56,067 nucleotides of DNA from Frankiales bacterium (GTDB lineage: Bacteria > Actinomycetota > Actinomycetes > Mycobacteriales > SCTD01). The stretch covers positions 1 to 56,067 of the forward strand of contig JAOPVZ010000308.1 of NCBI GenBank assembly GCA_025965935.1, in the 5' to 3' direction. The position numbers were made by a program, and so were the translations under genes. The number at the start of each line of letters is the position of its first letter. Within the stretch, counting starts at the first letter, position 1. Of the stretch, positions 45,044-54,584 are shown one piece after another. The notes under the pieces are model-generated. The model was not told the DNA's origin and searched no databases. It was given only the letters and a program-made list of their open reading frames with translations.

Positions 45044-45857
45044 CCGCCGACTGTATCAAGGATCGAAATTCCGCGCAGTTGATCGTGAACCGACCGTCGC
45101 AGGACGAATGGCTCGCCCGCGCGGCCTTGAATGGCTAGCCAGCGAAAAGCCCTGACACGACGCGCTCTGACGCGACGAGGGAGTGCTGACAGCGGAGACC
45201 TGCGCGCCCCAGGGGAACGGATGGCGTCGCCATGGGTGGTCACATTTGCCGTGTTGAATACGGCTGTTCGCCTGGGCAGAGTTGTCGGAACTCGTGCAGG
45301 TCCTGCTCGGTCGTCTTGCTCCAGTGCGGGTTGCAGCGCGAAGTGTCGCGCGGCTGCATCAACTCCATACTCTGCGACTCGGCGTGCCTGGTGTACGGAC
45401 TGCACACCTTCTTCGTCGGCCCCGCAGCCGTCGCCCTGGCCGAGCGCTACGACCGCGACTCGCGGGACCAGGGGCACGCTGCTCGGCATGTTCGTCGTGA
45501 TGCCTGTGCACAGCGCTCATCGCCTGCGTCTCACTCTGTCCGACGGGCTGCAGATCAAGCCAGGAGGACGGTCGTCGTCCTGACGAACTGCTTCGCTCCG
45601 AATCGTCGCGGGACGTCCGGCCTGCTCGCTGCGGTGGTGCGACATCCAGGAGCTGCGCACCAGAGGCGAACCGGATCCACTACCGCGCCACCCGGGTTAC
45701 CTGACCGCGAGCTCTCGGCGACACAGTCCTCGACGTCGCCAACACCGCCGCTTGTCCGCCTTGACGGCTGATGCCCGACTTCTTCATGCCGCCTGATCGC
45801 GCACGCAGGCACGAACAGGGCCAGGATCGGAGATCGTTCCGAACTGAGGTGAGCACG

Positions 45858-46874
45858 ATGAAGGCGATCGTCCAGGACGCCTACGGCGAGGCACAGGACG
45901 TCCTTCGACTCGAGGAGATCGACCTGCCCTCCATCGGGCCTCAAGAGGTGTTGCTCCGTGTGCACGCCGCGGGCCTGGACCGCGGGGTCTGGCACTCCAT
46001 GGCTGGCCTGCCCTACCCGATCCGGCTTGCCGGCTACGGCCTGCGAGCGCCCAAGAACGCCGTGCTCGGCACGGACGTCGCCGGCCGCGTCGAGGCACTC
46101 GGCTCAGACGTCACCACGCTGCAGGTGGGGGATGACGTCTACGGCGGTGGGCGGGGGACCTTTGCCGACTACACCCGGGCCGCGGCGGACAAGCTGGCCC
46201 GAAAGCCGAAGAACCTTGGCTTCGAGCAGGCGGCGGCGTTGCCGGTTTCGGGCTGCACCGCCCTGCAGGCGGTCCGAGACCGCGGACGGGTGTTGCCTGG
46301 GCAGCACGTGCTCATCATCGGCGCGTCCGGCGGCGTCGGCAGCTACGTCGTGCAGATCGCCAAGGCCTTCGGCGCGGTCGTCACCGGGGTGTGCAGCACG
46401 GCAAAGATGGACCTGGTCAGGTCCCTCGGCGCCGACAACGTCATCGACTACAGCGCCGAAGACTTCGCTCAGGCGGGTGAGCGTTACGACGTCATTCTCG
46501 ACACCGGCGGCAACACGTCGCTGCGGCGGCTGCGGTCCGCACTCGCCTCCCGAGGCACGCTCGTCATCATTGGGGGAGAGACGTCCGGCAAGTGGCTGGG
46601 CGGAAGCGATAGGCAACTCCGGGCGATGAGCCTGTCGCCCTTCGTCGCCCAGAAGCTCGGCACGTTCATCGGCCTGGTGAACGCGGCCGACCTGGAGGCG
46701 CTCACGGGGCTGGTCGAGTCGGGACAGGTGACGCCGACGATCGACAGGGCGTATCCGTTGAGCGACGTGGCCGACGCGATCCGCTACCTGCAAGCCGGTC
46801 AGGTGCGCGGCAAGGTCGTCATCACGCTCGCTGACGAGACCCAGGGCGGGGGCCCATCAGACGCCCTTGGCTGA
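45858..46874 (+). CDS. Zinc-type alcohol dehydrogenase / NADPH:quinone oxidoreductase family protein
   Basis: GAGGTGAG lies upstream of the ATG at 45858. MKAIVQDAYGE, and the motif GASGGVGSYVVQIAK is a Rossmann signature. Confidence 0.8.
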   Translation: MKAIVQDAYGEAQDVLRLEEIDLPSIGPQEVLLRVHAAGLDRGVWHSMAGLPYPIRLAGYGLRAPKNAVLGTDVAGRVEALGSDVTTLQVGDDVYGGGRGTFADYTRAAADKLARKPKNLGFEQAAALPVSGCTALQAVRDRGRVLPGQHVLIIGASGGVGSYVVQIAKAFGAVVTGVCSTAKMDLVRSLGADNVIDYSAEDFAQAGERYDVILDTGGNTSLRRLRSALASRGTLVIIGGETSGKWLGGSDRQLRAMSLSPFVAQKLGTFIGLVNAADLEALTGLVESGQVTPTIDRAYPLSDVADAIRYLQAGQVRGKVVITLADETQGGGPSDALG

Positions 46875-46982
46875 GTTGGCTAACGGCGAGGAGTGAGCCG
46901 ACTCACCCGCTCATCGCTTGCTCGTTGGAATGAGTGGTGTCTTGACGGGCAGGAGGCGAAGACCTTCCCACGAAACGCGAGG

Positions 46983-47969
46983 ATGCCTGTGACCACGCAG
47001 AACGCCGAGCTCATCAGCCAGCTCAACACTCTCCTTCGTCTCACCGCGCACGAGGCGGCGACCGCCCGGGCCCGCGTCAGCCAAGCCACCACCGACGCCA
47101 CCCGCAAGGAACTGCTGGAGAACGCCCGCAACTGCGACCTGCGCGCCGATGCACTGCGCCAGGCAGTGCGTGACCTCGGGGGTGCACCGGACGCCCTCGG
47201 CGTCGCTCTCGGCAAGGCTGCTGCCGCCGCGAAGCTGCCGTTGGAGCAGACCCTGCCGATCACCGAGGCCCTGCTGAGCGACCTGGCACTCGAGCACCAG
47301 CTGTTCGACCGCGCTCGGTTCGTGAAGGTCCTGGCTGCGGACGCCGACGCGCCTGAGCTGGTGGCGCTGGCCGAGCGGCTCGAGAACGCGCACGGCAACA
47401 CCATCCAATGGCTGTTCACCGTTCTCTCGGAGACTGCCCTGCGCGGGCCAGCCGCGCTGGCCCCGACCGCGATGCAGAGCGTCGCAACGACAGCGCGCAC
47501 GGCGGCGACCTTCGCGGGGTCAGCCACCGCGATCGGCGTCAACAAGGCCTTCGCGACGGCCAACAGCCTGACCGAGAAGGTGCAGGAGACGACCACCCAG
47601 GCCGTGACGAGCCGGGTCGGCCGGCTCGCCGGGCTGGCCACGAGCGCCAAGCGGATCGCCCGGGTCGGTCGAGACGCGACTCTCGCGGAGACCGAGAAGC
47701 AGGCCGGCCGGGAGCTCGGCAAGGACAAGGCCGCGGCGGTTCGCCACGTCAGGGAGCAGCTTGGTGCGGTCAGCGCCTCAGAGCTGCCGATCAGGGGGTT
47801 CGACAACCTCGCTGCGAAGGACGCGGCCAGCCGGATAGGACGGGTCCAGAGCGCCGACGAGGTGCGGGTCGTGCTCGCCTACGAGCAGGCGAACAAGAAC
47901 CGGCAGGCCGTCGTCGATGCGGCCAACAAGCGCACGCGGGAACTCGCGCAGGAGTTCGTCGACCGCTGA
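46983..47969 (+). CDS. Ferritin-like-domain stress protein with an Ala/Thr-rich middle and a conserved C-terminal domain
   Basis: The N-terminal four-helix-like region (LLRLTAHEAATA...LALEHQLF) resembles DUF892/ferritin-like proteins. The start is the ATG at 46983 or the GTG at 46989. Confidence 0.55.
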   Translation: MPVTTQNAELISQLNTLLRLTAHEAATARARVSQATTDATRKELLENARNCDLRADALRQAVRDLGGAPDALGVALGKAAAAAKLPLEQTLPITEALLSDLALEHQLFDRARFVKVLAADADAPELVALAERLENAHGNTIQWLFTVLSETALRGPAALAPTAMQSVATTARTAATFAGSATAIGVNKAFATANSLTEKVQETTTQAVTSRVGRLAGLATSAKRIARVGRDATLAETEKQAGRELGKDKAAAVRHVREQLGAVSASELPIRGFDNLAAKDAASRIGRVQSADEVRVVLAYEQANKNRQAVVDAANKRTRELAQEFVDR

Positions 47970-48006
47970 CGCAGGTCTCACCAACCGACCGTCCGAGGCT
48001 TCACGA

Positions 48007-48041
48007 CCGGGGCCCGCCATCAGCGCGATGGCGGGCCCCGG
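48007..48041. terminator. Bidirectional intrinsic terminator
   Basis: Perfect 14-bp stem CCGGGGCCCGCCAT / ATGGCGGGCCCCGG with a 7-nt loop, followed by TTTCGTTCT. It lies between two convergent genes. Confidence 0.8.
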
Positions 48042-48057
48042 TTTCGTTCTCTCGTGG

Positions 48058-49917
48058 TCAGTTGCGGGAGTCAGCCACCGACGCCGTGAGGGCGGGCTGC
48101 CCAGTCGCCGGGTCCAGCAGGAACGGGCGGCTGTTCGGCGGCTCGCCGTGATCCTTGCTGAGGTCGAGCATCCCTGTCAGGGAGCCGGCCTGGGCGTCGA
48201 AGCTGCCCGGGATGCGTCCGAGCGCCCAGTTGTCCTCGACGAAACGAGTGATGGAGGACTGGTCGGTCAGCGTATGGTCGACGTAGTTGGTCTTCGCCCA
48301 TGGCGAGACGACCAGCAGCGGCAGCCGCGGGCCGTAGCCGCAGCGACCCTGCTGCCCACCAATGGCAGTCCCGCTTCCGCACTGCCCCGGGCCCGTGAGG
48401 GCGTCTGCGACGGTGGTCGACGGGTTGCTGACACCGCTGTAGGCGTGGTCGTACCAGCCGTCGGAGTCGTCGTAGCTGATGACGACCGCGGTGCTTCGCC
48501 AGTCCGGGGTCTTCATGAGGGCGTTGATCTCGTGAGTGACGAACTGCTGCTCGTCGAGCGGGTCCGAGTAGGCGGCGTGACCGTCCTGGTAGCCAGGGGC
48601 CTTCAGGAAGCTGACCGATGGCAGCGCCGACGGCGGCAGGTCGCCGCTGTTGATGCCGGCGACGACCTGGTCGAAGTCGCTCGTGTCGTACTGGTGATTG
48701 GGGGTGTCGAACTGCGGCACCCCGTTGACGTAGTGCTGGGTGTCAGTGCCGATGGTCTTCAGGGCGGCAGGCGCGACCGCACCGTCCGCGCCGGTCGGGA
48801 GCGTCAGGTGGTGCGGGTTTGCCGTCGAGGCGTAGTACTCGAACGGTTGGTGGTGCGCGATGTAGTCGTCCTTGTAGCCGTACTGCCCCGTGCCGGGCGT
48901 CAGGGGGCTGGCCAGGCCGGCGCCGACCGGGTGCACCGCGTTGCACAGGCCCTGGTTGGACGAGTGCGGTACGGAGCTGTTGAAGCCTGCCGCCCTGAAC
49001 TCGTCCGGGATGAACGTCGAGGACTTCTGGCCGGCGTGGCCGGTCGAGGCAGCGGCGTCGGCGAACGACGTCGTCGGCCGGAACCCGCCTTGGAAGAAGC
49101 CCCAGGACAGGCCCTTGCTGTTGAGCTCGTCGCCGATGTTCGTCCCGCTCATGGCGACGGCGTCGCGGGTGGAGCAGTCATCCCAGTACGGCTGCGCGTC
49201 GGAGATCAGCGAGTAGCCACCCTTGCCGTCGGCCACGAGGTCAGCGTTGGGGTTCGTGGCGGTCGCGATCGACGGGTTGTTCGCGGTGTGCCCCATGTCC
49301 ACGCCGCCGGTGTTACCGGAAACGAGGTTGATCGCCCCGGGTGCGGACGGGCCGAAGGTCGTACCGAAGGAGCGGTCGCTCATCGCGTACTGCTGGGCGT
49401 AGTTCCACAACCCGGTGACGGTGTTGCCGTCGTAGTAGTTCATGACGTCACCGGCGACGCACTTGCTGCCGGTGGGGCTGGTGCCCTTGCCGGTACCGAC
49501 GGAGGCGACGAACTTGTCCATCGCGCCGTTGTCCATGGCCTTCTGCTCGTCGGTGTAGGTGTGGTCCTGATCGCAGGTCAGGACGTCGCTGCTGCTGGCC
49601 GCGTACCTGCGGGGGTTGGTGCCATTCGGGTTGTTGGTCAGCAACGGCCCGCTCAGGCCGTCGACCGAGGGGGTACCGGGGCGTGCGGCGAAGGTCGAGC
49701 CGTCGGTGTTCGCGGCCTGCGGGTAGGTCCCGAAGTAGTGGTCGAAGGAGACGTTCTCCTGGAAGATCACCACGAGGTGCTTGATCGGCGTGCTGGTGTC
49801 GGCCTTGGGTGCCGCCAGCCCGACCCCGGCGCCGGGTCCGACAGCCAGGGCCGTCAGACCGAGCGCGAGCGCGCCCGAGCAGGCCAGAAGCTGGTTGGCG
49901 CGTGTGCGTGAGCTCAT
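48058..49917 (-). CDS. Secreted phosphoesterase family protein (phospholipase C / acid phosphatase AcpA-type)
   Basis: Starting at the ATG at 49917 gives MSSRTRANQLLACSGALALGLTALAV. IKHLVVIFQENVSFDHYFGTYP is the phosphoesterase-family signature. The 190-aa upstream extension was rejected. Confidence 0.8.
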   Translation of the reverse strand: MSSRTRANQLLACSGALALGLTALAVGPGAGVGLAAPKADTSTPIKHLVVIFQENVSFDHYFGTYPQAANTDGSTFAARPGTPSVDGLSGPLLTNNPNGTNPRRYAASSSDVLTCDQDHTYTDEQKAMDNGAMDKFVASVGTGKGTSPTGSKCVAGDVMNYYDGNTVTGLWNYAQQYAMSDRSFGTTFGPSAPGAINLVSGNTGGVDMGHTANNPSIATATNPNADLVADGKGGYSLISDAQPYWDDCSTRDAVAMSGTNIGDELNSKGLSWGFFQGGFRPTTSFADAAASTGHAGQKSSTFIPDEFRAAGFNSSVPHSSNQGLCNAVHPVGAGLASPLTPGTGQYGYKDDYIAHHQPFEYYASTANPHHLTLPTGADGAVAPAALKTIGTDTQHYVNGVPQFDTPNHQYDTSDFDQVVAGINSGDLPPSALPSVSFLKAPGYQDGHAAYSDPLDEQQFVTHEINALMKTPDWRSTAVVISYDDSDGWYDHAYSGVSNPSTTVADALTGPGQCGSGTAIGGQQGRCGYGPRLPLLVVSPWAKTNYVDHTLTDQSSITRFVEDNWALGRIPGSFDAQAGSLTGMLDLSKDHGEPPNSRPFLLDPATGQPALTASVADSRN

Positions 49918-50202
49918 GAAGTGCCGTTTCGTTGAGATCGGACGGGACGGCGACAGCAGACTCTCGGCGGATCGCTGCGAGACAACGCCCGGGTGAACGG
50001 TCCCGGCACACGCACTGAACTTCTCCGGACGTTCAGGTTCTGTACATGTATCCGCTAGTCCGACCGGACCGCTAGGGCACTCGACCGGCCGGGGGCACCG
50101 TGAAGAAGCGGCCTGCTTCTCGGCACTCGGCTCACCGGTCTGACAAACCAGGTCTCTCCAATGTGTGGGTAGGGCACCCCTTGGGATGCCTTGGGGTGCA
50201 GG

Positions 50203-52974
50203 ATGGGTCGCTCGAGAGGGGGCAACGACCGCGTGTCTGAGTTGGGCAGCAACGTGGTGCCGCTGTTGCCGGATGACCCCTTGACACGTGAGGCGCTGTC
50301 TGACGCCTTGCTGGCAGCTAGTTCGCTGCTGGACCCGTCGGCGGTGGCGCAGTTGACGGTGCGGCATCTCCGTGACCAGTGCGGCGCCGATGGTGCGGCC
50401 CTGTACTGGTGGGACGACGCCGAACAGGTCTTGCTGCCGCTGGCGGTTCTGGATCCGCATGCGCGTTCGCTCCACCAGGTGTTCCATCCACGGCAGGGCG
50501 TCACAGGTGCGGCGTTCGCAACGGGGATGCCCGTGATCGCGAACGGCTACCCGTCGGGGGTCGAGTCACCACCCGCGTGGAAGGTCGCTGAGGGCGTCTG
50601 CGCGGTAGCGGCGGTACCGCTCGTGGTCCATGGCCAGGTGTGTGGGGTGCTGACCCTCACCGAGCATCACGAGGCGGAGCTGACGGATGGCGACGTCGAG
50701 CTGATGCAACGTGTCGGCGAGCAGGTCGCGCCGACTTTGCACAGCATGCGCGCTCTCGCGCACGCTCAGTTCCGACTGTCCGAGGCCCGCGAACTGTCCT
50801 CGCTGATCCGAGACTCCGCCACCAGCACGGACGTGACTCCGCTGCTCGATCGCATTTGTGAGCTGTCCTGCCGGATGCTCGGCACCGAGTTTGCCGGCGT
50901 GGTGCTGCCGACGGCGGGAGGGGACGTGTGGGCGGGGATCTACGGCAGCATCTCGGACCGTCCTGGGTGGCGTCGCGAAGCGCGGGACTGGCCGCTGCTG
51001 CCCAGTCTCATGGATGGCGAGCCTCTTCTCCTGAGCGACCTCGGCGACAACCCCGACTTGCCGCTTGACGCGATGCCTGTCGTCAGAGCGGAGAAGCTGC
51101 GCACTGTCTTGGCCGTTCCGCTCATGCCGGCGGATGGCGACCTGTTGGGGGTGCTCGTTCTCGGGTGGCGGCTGAGCTTGACGCCGTCACTACAGCTGGT
51201 TGGCCTGGGCCGCACCTTGGGGGCGGCGGCCACGTCGCTGTTGACCCAGGCCCGGACGATCGCCGCGCTGCGTGATCGGGAGACGCTGTGGCGGCTGACG
51301 TTGGACAACGCGCCGGTGGGCATCTGCCTCGTGCATCTGAACGGGACGTTCAGGCTCGTCAATGATGCGATGAGCAGGATCCTTGGCTACGCCGCGGATG
51401 ATCTGCTCGCACGAGAGTTCACCTCCGTCCTCGAGCCGACGGACGTACGACTTGGCATGGCAGCGTTTGACCGGCTGCTCGCCGATGGAGGCAGCTCCCA
51501 GCCGATCCAGGTCCGTTGCGTGCACGCCGACGGGCATGTGGTCTGGTCACTGCTGTCGGTGCAGCTGGTGCGGGACGTCGACGACGTCGCTGAGTACTTC
51601 TGCGTCCTGCTGGAAGACATCACCTCGCAGCACGAGCAAACCGCTCAGCTCACCCACCTGGCGACACACGACCAGGTCACCGGATTGGCCAACCGGCGGC
51701 TGTTCTACGACTTGCTGAACGACCGCGTCAGCCGGTCGGGGGACACCCTCGTCGCGTTGCTGGAGGTGCCGCAGCTCCACGGTCTGGAGGACCGGCTCGG
51801 GCATCTCAGCGCGGACGAGGTCGTCCGGGCGCTGTCGGACCGACTCGCCGAGTGCATCGACGTACTCGGTGCCTCCGACTCCGTCGACGCCGCCGCCCGC
51901 CGCAACGCTGAAGCCGACGGTCAGGAGTGCCTCGCCAGGTTCGCCTCCGACGAGTTCGCGGTCATGCTGACCCCTCGCGCAGGGCAGCCGGCCGAGGAGA
52001 TGGTTCTCGACCGGCTCGCCAGCGCGTTCAACGAACCCTTCACCGTCGCCGGACGTAGCCACAGGCTGTCTGCGCACATCGGTGTTGCGGTCAGCCCCGC
52101 CCACGGCAGCACGGCACAGGATCTCCTGCGCGCTGCCGACATCGCGCTGGCCGGCGCCCGCCACGACTCAGCCGCTGTCCGGCAGTACAGCACCGCCATG
52201 GGCGATGCCCTGCTGCACAGTCAACGGCTGATCCTCGACCTGCGCGCCGCTGTTGCGGGTGGGGGGCTGTCGCTGGCGTATCAGCCGATCATCGACGGCG
52301 ACGGGAGACTCGTCTCAGCCGAAGCGCTTGCCCGCTGGACTCACCCCGAGTTCGGTGCCGTCGGCCCCGACGCCTTCATTCCCCTCGCCGAGGAGTCGGG
52401 CGTCATGCCCGCACTCACGGCCTGGGTGCTCGACACGGCGCTCGCATCGTGCGCCCGATGGCAGCGCGACAAGCCCGGCGTCGCGGTCGCCGTCAACCTT
52501 GCGGCCACGGATCTGCAGGACCCAACAGCAGTCCAGGGAATCGCCGAGGCGCTGCGCAAGAACCAGCTGCCGCCGGAGCTCCTCGAGATCGAACTCACCG
52601 AGACAACGCTGATGACCGACCCGCTGACCGTGGCGACCAACCTCAATCACCTGGCAGCGCTCGGTGTCAAGCTCGCGATCGACGACTTCGGCACCGGCTA
52701 CAGCTCTTTCACGTACCTTCAACGCCTCCCGGCCACGACCCTCAAGATCGACCGGTCGTTCGTCACCACCATGCTCACCGACACCGGCAACGCCGCCATC
52801 GTCACCATGGTCCTTCAACTGGCCCGGATGCTCGGCCTGACCACAGTCGCCGAAGGCGTCGAGGACGCCGAGACCCGCGACCAGCTCAACGCCCTTCACT
52901 GCGACCGGCAACAGGGCTACGGCATAGCCCGACCCATGTCTGAGGACCAGTTCGCCACCTGGCGGGCTACCTGA
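50203..52974 (+). CDS. GAF-GAF-PAS-GGDEF(degenerate)-EAL protein
   Basis: N-terminal GAF-like regions, PAS (NAPVGICLVHLNGTFRLVND), ASDEF in place of GGDEF with no RxxD, and an intact-looking EAL (EALARW, ELTE, DDFGTGYSS, KIDRSFV). The start is uncertain (50191-50230). Confidence 0.8.
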   Translation: MGRSRGGNDRVSELGSNVVPLLPDDPLTREALSDALLAASSLLDPSAVAQLTVRHLRDQCGADGAALYWWDDAEQVLLPLAVLDPHARSLHQVFHPRQGVTGAAFATGMPVIANGYPSGVESPPAWKVAEGVCAVAAVPLVVHGQVCGVLTLTEHHEAELTDGDVELMQRVGEQVAPTLHSMRALAHAQFRLSEARELSSLIRDSATSTDVTPLLDRICELSCRMLGTEFAGVVLPTAGGDVWAGIYGSISDRPGWRREARDWPLLPSLMDGEPLLLSDLGDNPDLPLDAMPVVRAEKLRTVLAVPLMPADGDLLGVLVLGWRLSLTPSLQLVGLGRTLGAAATSLLTQARTIAALRDRETLWRLTLDNAPVGICLVHLNGTFRLVNDAMSRILGYAADDLLAREFTSVLEPTDVRLGMAAFDRLLADGGSSQPIQVRCVHADGHVVWSLLSVQLVRDVDDVAEYFCVLLEDITSQHEQTAQLTHLATHDQVTGLANRRLFYDLLNDRVSRSGDTLVALLEVPQLHGLEDRLGHLSADEVVRALSDRLAECIDVLGASDSVDAAARRNAEADGQECLARFASDEFAVMLTPRAGQPAEEMVLDRLASAFNEPFTVAGRSHRLSAHIGVAVSPAHGSTAQDLLRAADIALAGARHDSAAVRQYSTAMGDALLHSQRLILDLRAAVAGGGLSLAYQPIIDGDGRLVSAEALARWTHPEFGAVGPDAFIPLAEESGVMPALTAWVLDTALASCARWQRDKPGVAVAVNLAATDLQDPTAVQGIAEALRKNQLPPELLEIELTETTLMTDPLTVATNLNHLAALGVKLAIDDFGTGYSSFTYLQRLPATTLKIDRSFVTTMLTDTGNAAIVTMVLQLARMLGLTTVAEGVEDAETRDQLNALHCDRQQGYGIARPMSEDQFATWRAT

Positions 52975-53027
52975 TCAGCTGCGAAGTCCGTGGCGGCTTC
53001 CGTCGCGACGGGGACGGCCGGCAAGCC

Positions 53028-53333
53028 TCACCCCCGGACGACCCGATGCACGTCGGTGTACGTGAGCTCAGGCGCGCCGGCGGCCGCGATGTCGAAGCCT
53101 CGGGCAGCGGCGACCTTTCCCATGGCAGGCATGAGTCGGGACTCCGCGAAGCGCTGATGCGCCTCGGCTGACTCCCAGACGTCCAGGATGTGCACGCGGC
53201 CGTCCTGTTCGTAGTGCGCGTGCACGATCATGCCCTCGGGTGGTGAGCTGTCGACGCCCATTTCTTCGGTGACCTCATCGATCATGTCGATGGGGACTCC
53301 GGCGGGCATGACCTGCTTCAAGATGACTGCCAC
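53028..53333 (-). CDS. Small alpha+beta protein (ABM/Dabb-like), hypothetical
   Basis: GAGGAG lies 6 nt upstream of the GTG at 53333. It is 101 aa. The family assignment is tentative. Confidence 0.45.
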   Translation of the reverse strand: MAVILKQVMPAGVPIDMIDEVTEEMGVDSSPPEGMIVHAHYEQDGRVHILDVWESAEAHQRFAESRLMPAMGKVAAARGFDIAAAGAPELTYTDVHRVVRG

Positions 53334-53485
53334 TGCTGGCTCCTCTGCTGGATGCTCGGTAACAATCAGCCAACACCCCACGGGCCTTCGGCGCGAATGA
53401 AACCCAGAGATTGACGTCTTGCAGTCACCCGCGGCGGAAGCTGACCTAGCCTCCGCCTGAATCCATAACGGGGGACTGAAACGGC

Positions 53486-54055
53486 TTAGGAAGCGGCGGG
53501 TCGGCGTAGCGGCGCGAGGGCACTGCTCCAGGCGACGACCTGGTCAAGAAGTGGGTCTAGCGCGGCGACCTTGTCGTCACCAGGCTTGAAGACGCTGTAG
53601 CTCTCGAATTCCGTGATCAACGAGAGCTCAACCTGCTGGCGGACATCCGCCATTTGCAGCTCGCCGGCCACGAGTCGAAGATGCTCGGCCGCTCGCGCGC
53701 CGCCGGACGCCCCATAGGACACGAAGCCGACGGCCTTGTTGTTCCACTCGGCGTAGACGTAATCGAGCGCGTTCTTCAAGACGCCGGACGTGCTGTGGTT
53801 GTACTCAGGCGTCACGATCACGAAGCCGTCGAAGGAAGCGATCTTTCCCGCCCATGCCCTGGTGTGCGCCTGCTGGTACTGCCCGAGCGAGGGCGGCAGC
53901 GGCTCGTCAAGGTGGGGAAGCGGATAATCGCGCAGGTCGACGAGATCGAACTCGGCGTCTCCGCGGCGCGAGGCGATGTCATACACCCACTTCGCCACCT
54001 GCTCACCGTTTCGGTTGGGCCGGGTACTGCCCAGGATGATTCCAATCTGGATCAC
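53486..54055 (-). CDS. NADPH-dependent FMN reductase
   Basis: AAGGAG lies 9 nt upstream of the GTG at 54055. IGIILGSTRPNRNG and VIVTPEYNHSTSGVLKNALDY are family signatures. Confidence 0.8.
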   Translation of the reverse strand: MIQIGIILGSTRPNRNGEQVAKWVYDIASRRGDAEFDLVDLRDYPLPHLDEPLPPSLGQYQQAHTRAWAGKIASFDGFVIVTPEYNHSTSGVLKNALDYVYAEWNNKAVGFVSYGASGGARAAEHLRLVAGELQMADVRQQVELSLITEFESYSVFKPGDDKVAALDPLLDQVVAWSSALAPLRRPAAS

Positions 54056-54538
54056 TGCTAGTTGCTCCTTCGCAAGAGTGATGGCCGCGGTCGGCAAGGG
54101 CAGCAGAGTGCACGATCCGCAAACGAGGCCTTGCGCGGTCGCCCGTACGTCGATCTCAAGCACGCCCGCGCTGCGGGGTCGCGATCCTGTGTTGCCATGT
54201 CTACGACGATCACCGCTTCGAGCCCGGGTCAGGAATCCCACGCCTGGGGGATCCCTGATCACATTGCTGCTCGAGCTCCTCAGGAGATCTCGCCGACCGA
54301 CTGCCACCTGTGCCGCAACACCTTCGGGCTGGCGTCCAAACGGGACTGGGACCAGCCGAAGGGTGCCGTGACGGGTCACCGCCGAGCACCGACCGACGCG
54401 TCGCCGGCCGGCCCTGTCGTGGGCGGGCACCCTGGTGGCATCGGCCGCAGCTGCCACCGGATCGCGACCGTGAACCAGACGGGCACCAGGTGCGGTGCGC
54501 CGCCGCGGTCAACCGGCGGTTTCCGCTCAACGCGCACA

Positions 54539-54564
54539 GTCGGTCACCTGCAGGGGTGACCGAC
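54539..54564 (-). terminator. Possible terminator hairpin after the sigma/anti-sigma-like operon
   Basis: Perfect 10-bp stem GTCGGTCACC / GGTGACCGAC with loop TGCAGG, about 20 nt downstream of the stop at 54585. There is no clear U-tract. Confidence 0.4.
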
Positions 54565-54584
54565 CGACCGTGCGCTTAGTGCCG

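Noticed and set aside
44965-45489. 174-aa minus-strand ORF lies immediately upstream of kaiC and could have been a kaiA-like or accessory gene.
   Set aside because: The translation is Arg/Ala-rich with no KaiA-like or other recognisable features, and third-position GC is far below that of real genes here. I treated it as non-coding or decayed (see the finding for 44929-45857).
47917-49911. 664-aa plus-strand ORF lies opposite the PLC/AcpA-type phosphoesterase.
   Set aside because: It is antisense to a motif-supported secreted enzyme, has a Gly/Arg/Val-rich low-complexity translation, and crosses a strong terminator hairpin.
54062-54579. Plus-strand ORFs of 165 aa and 89 aa and a minus-strand ORF of 106 aa lie in the 54.1-54.6 kb gap.
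   Set aside because: All have Arg/Gly/Pro-rich, motif-free translations and mutually overlapping frames, so none is a credible CDS.
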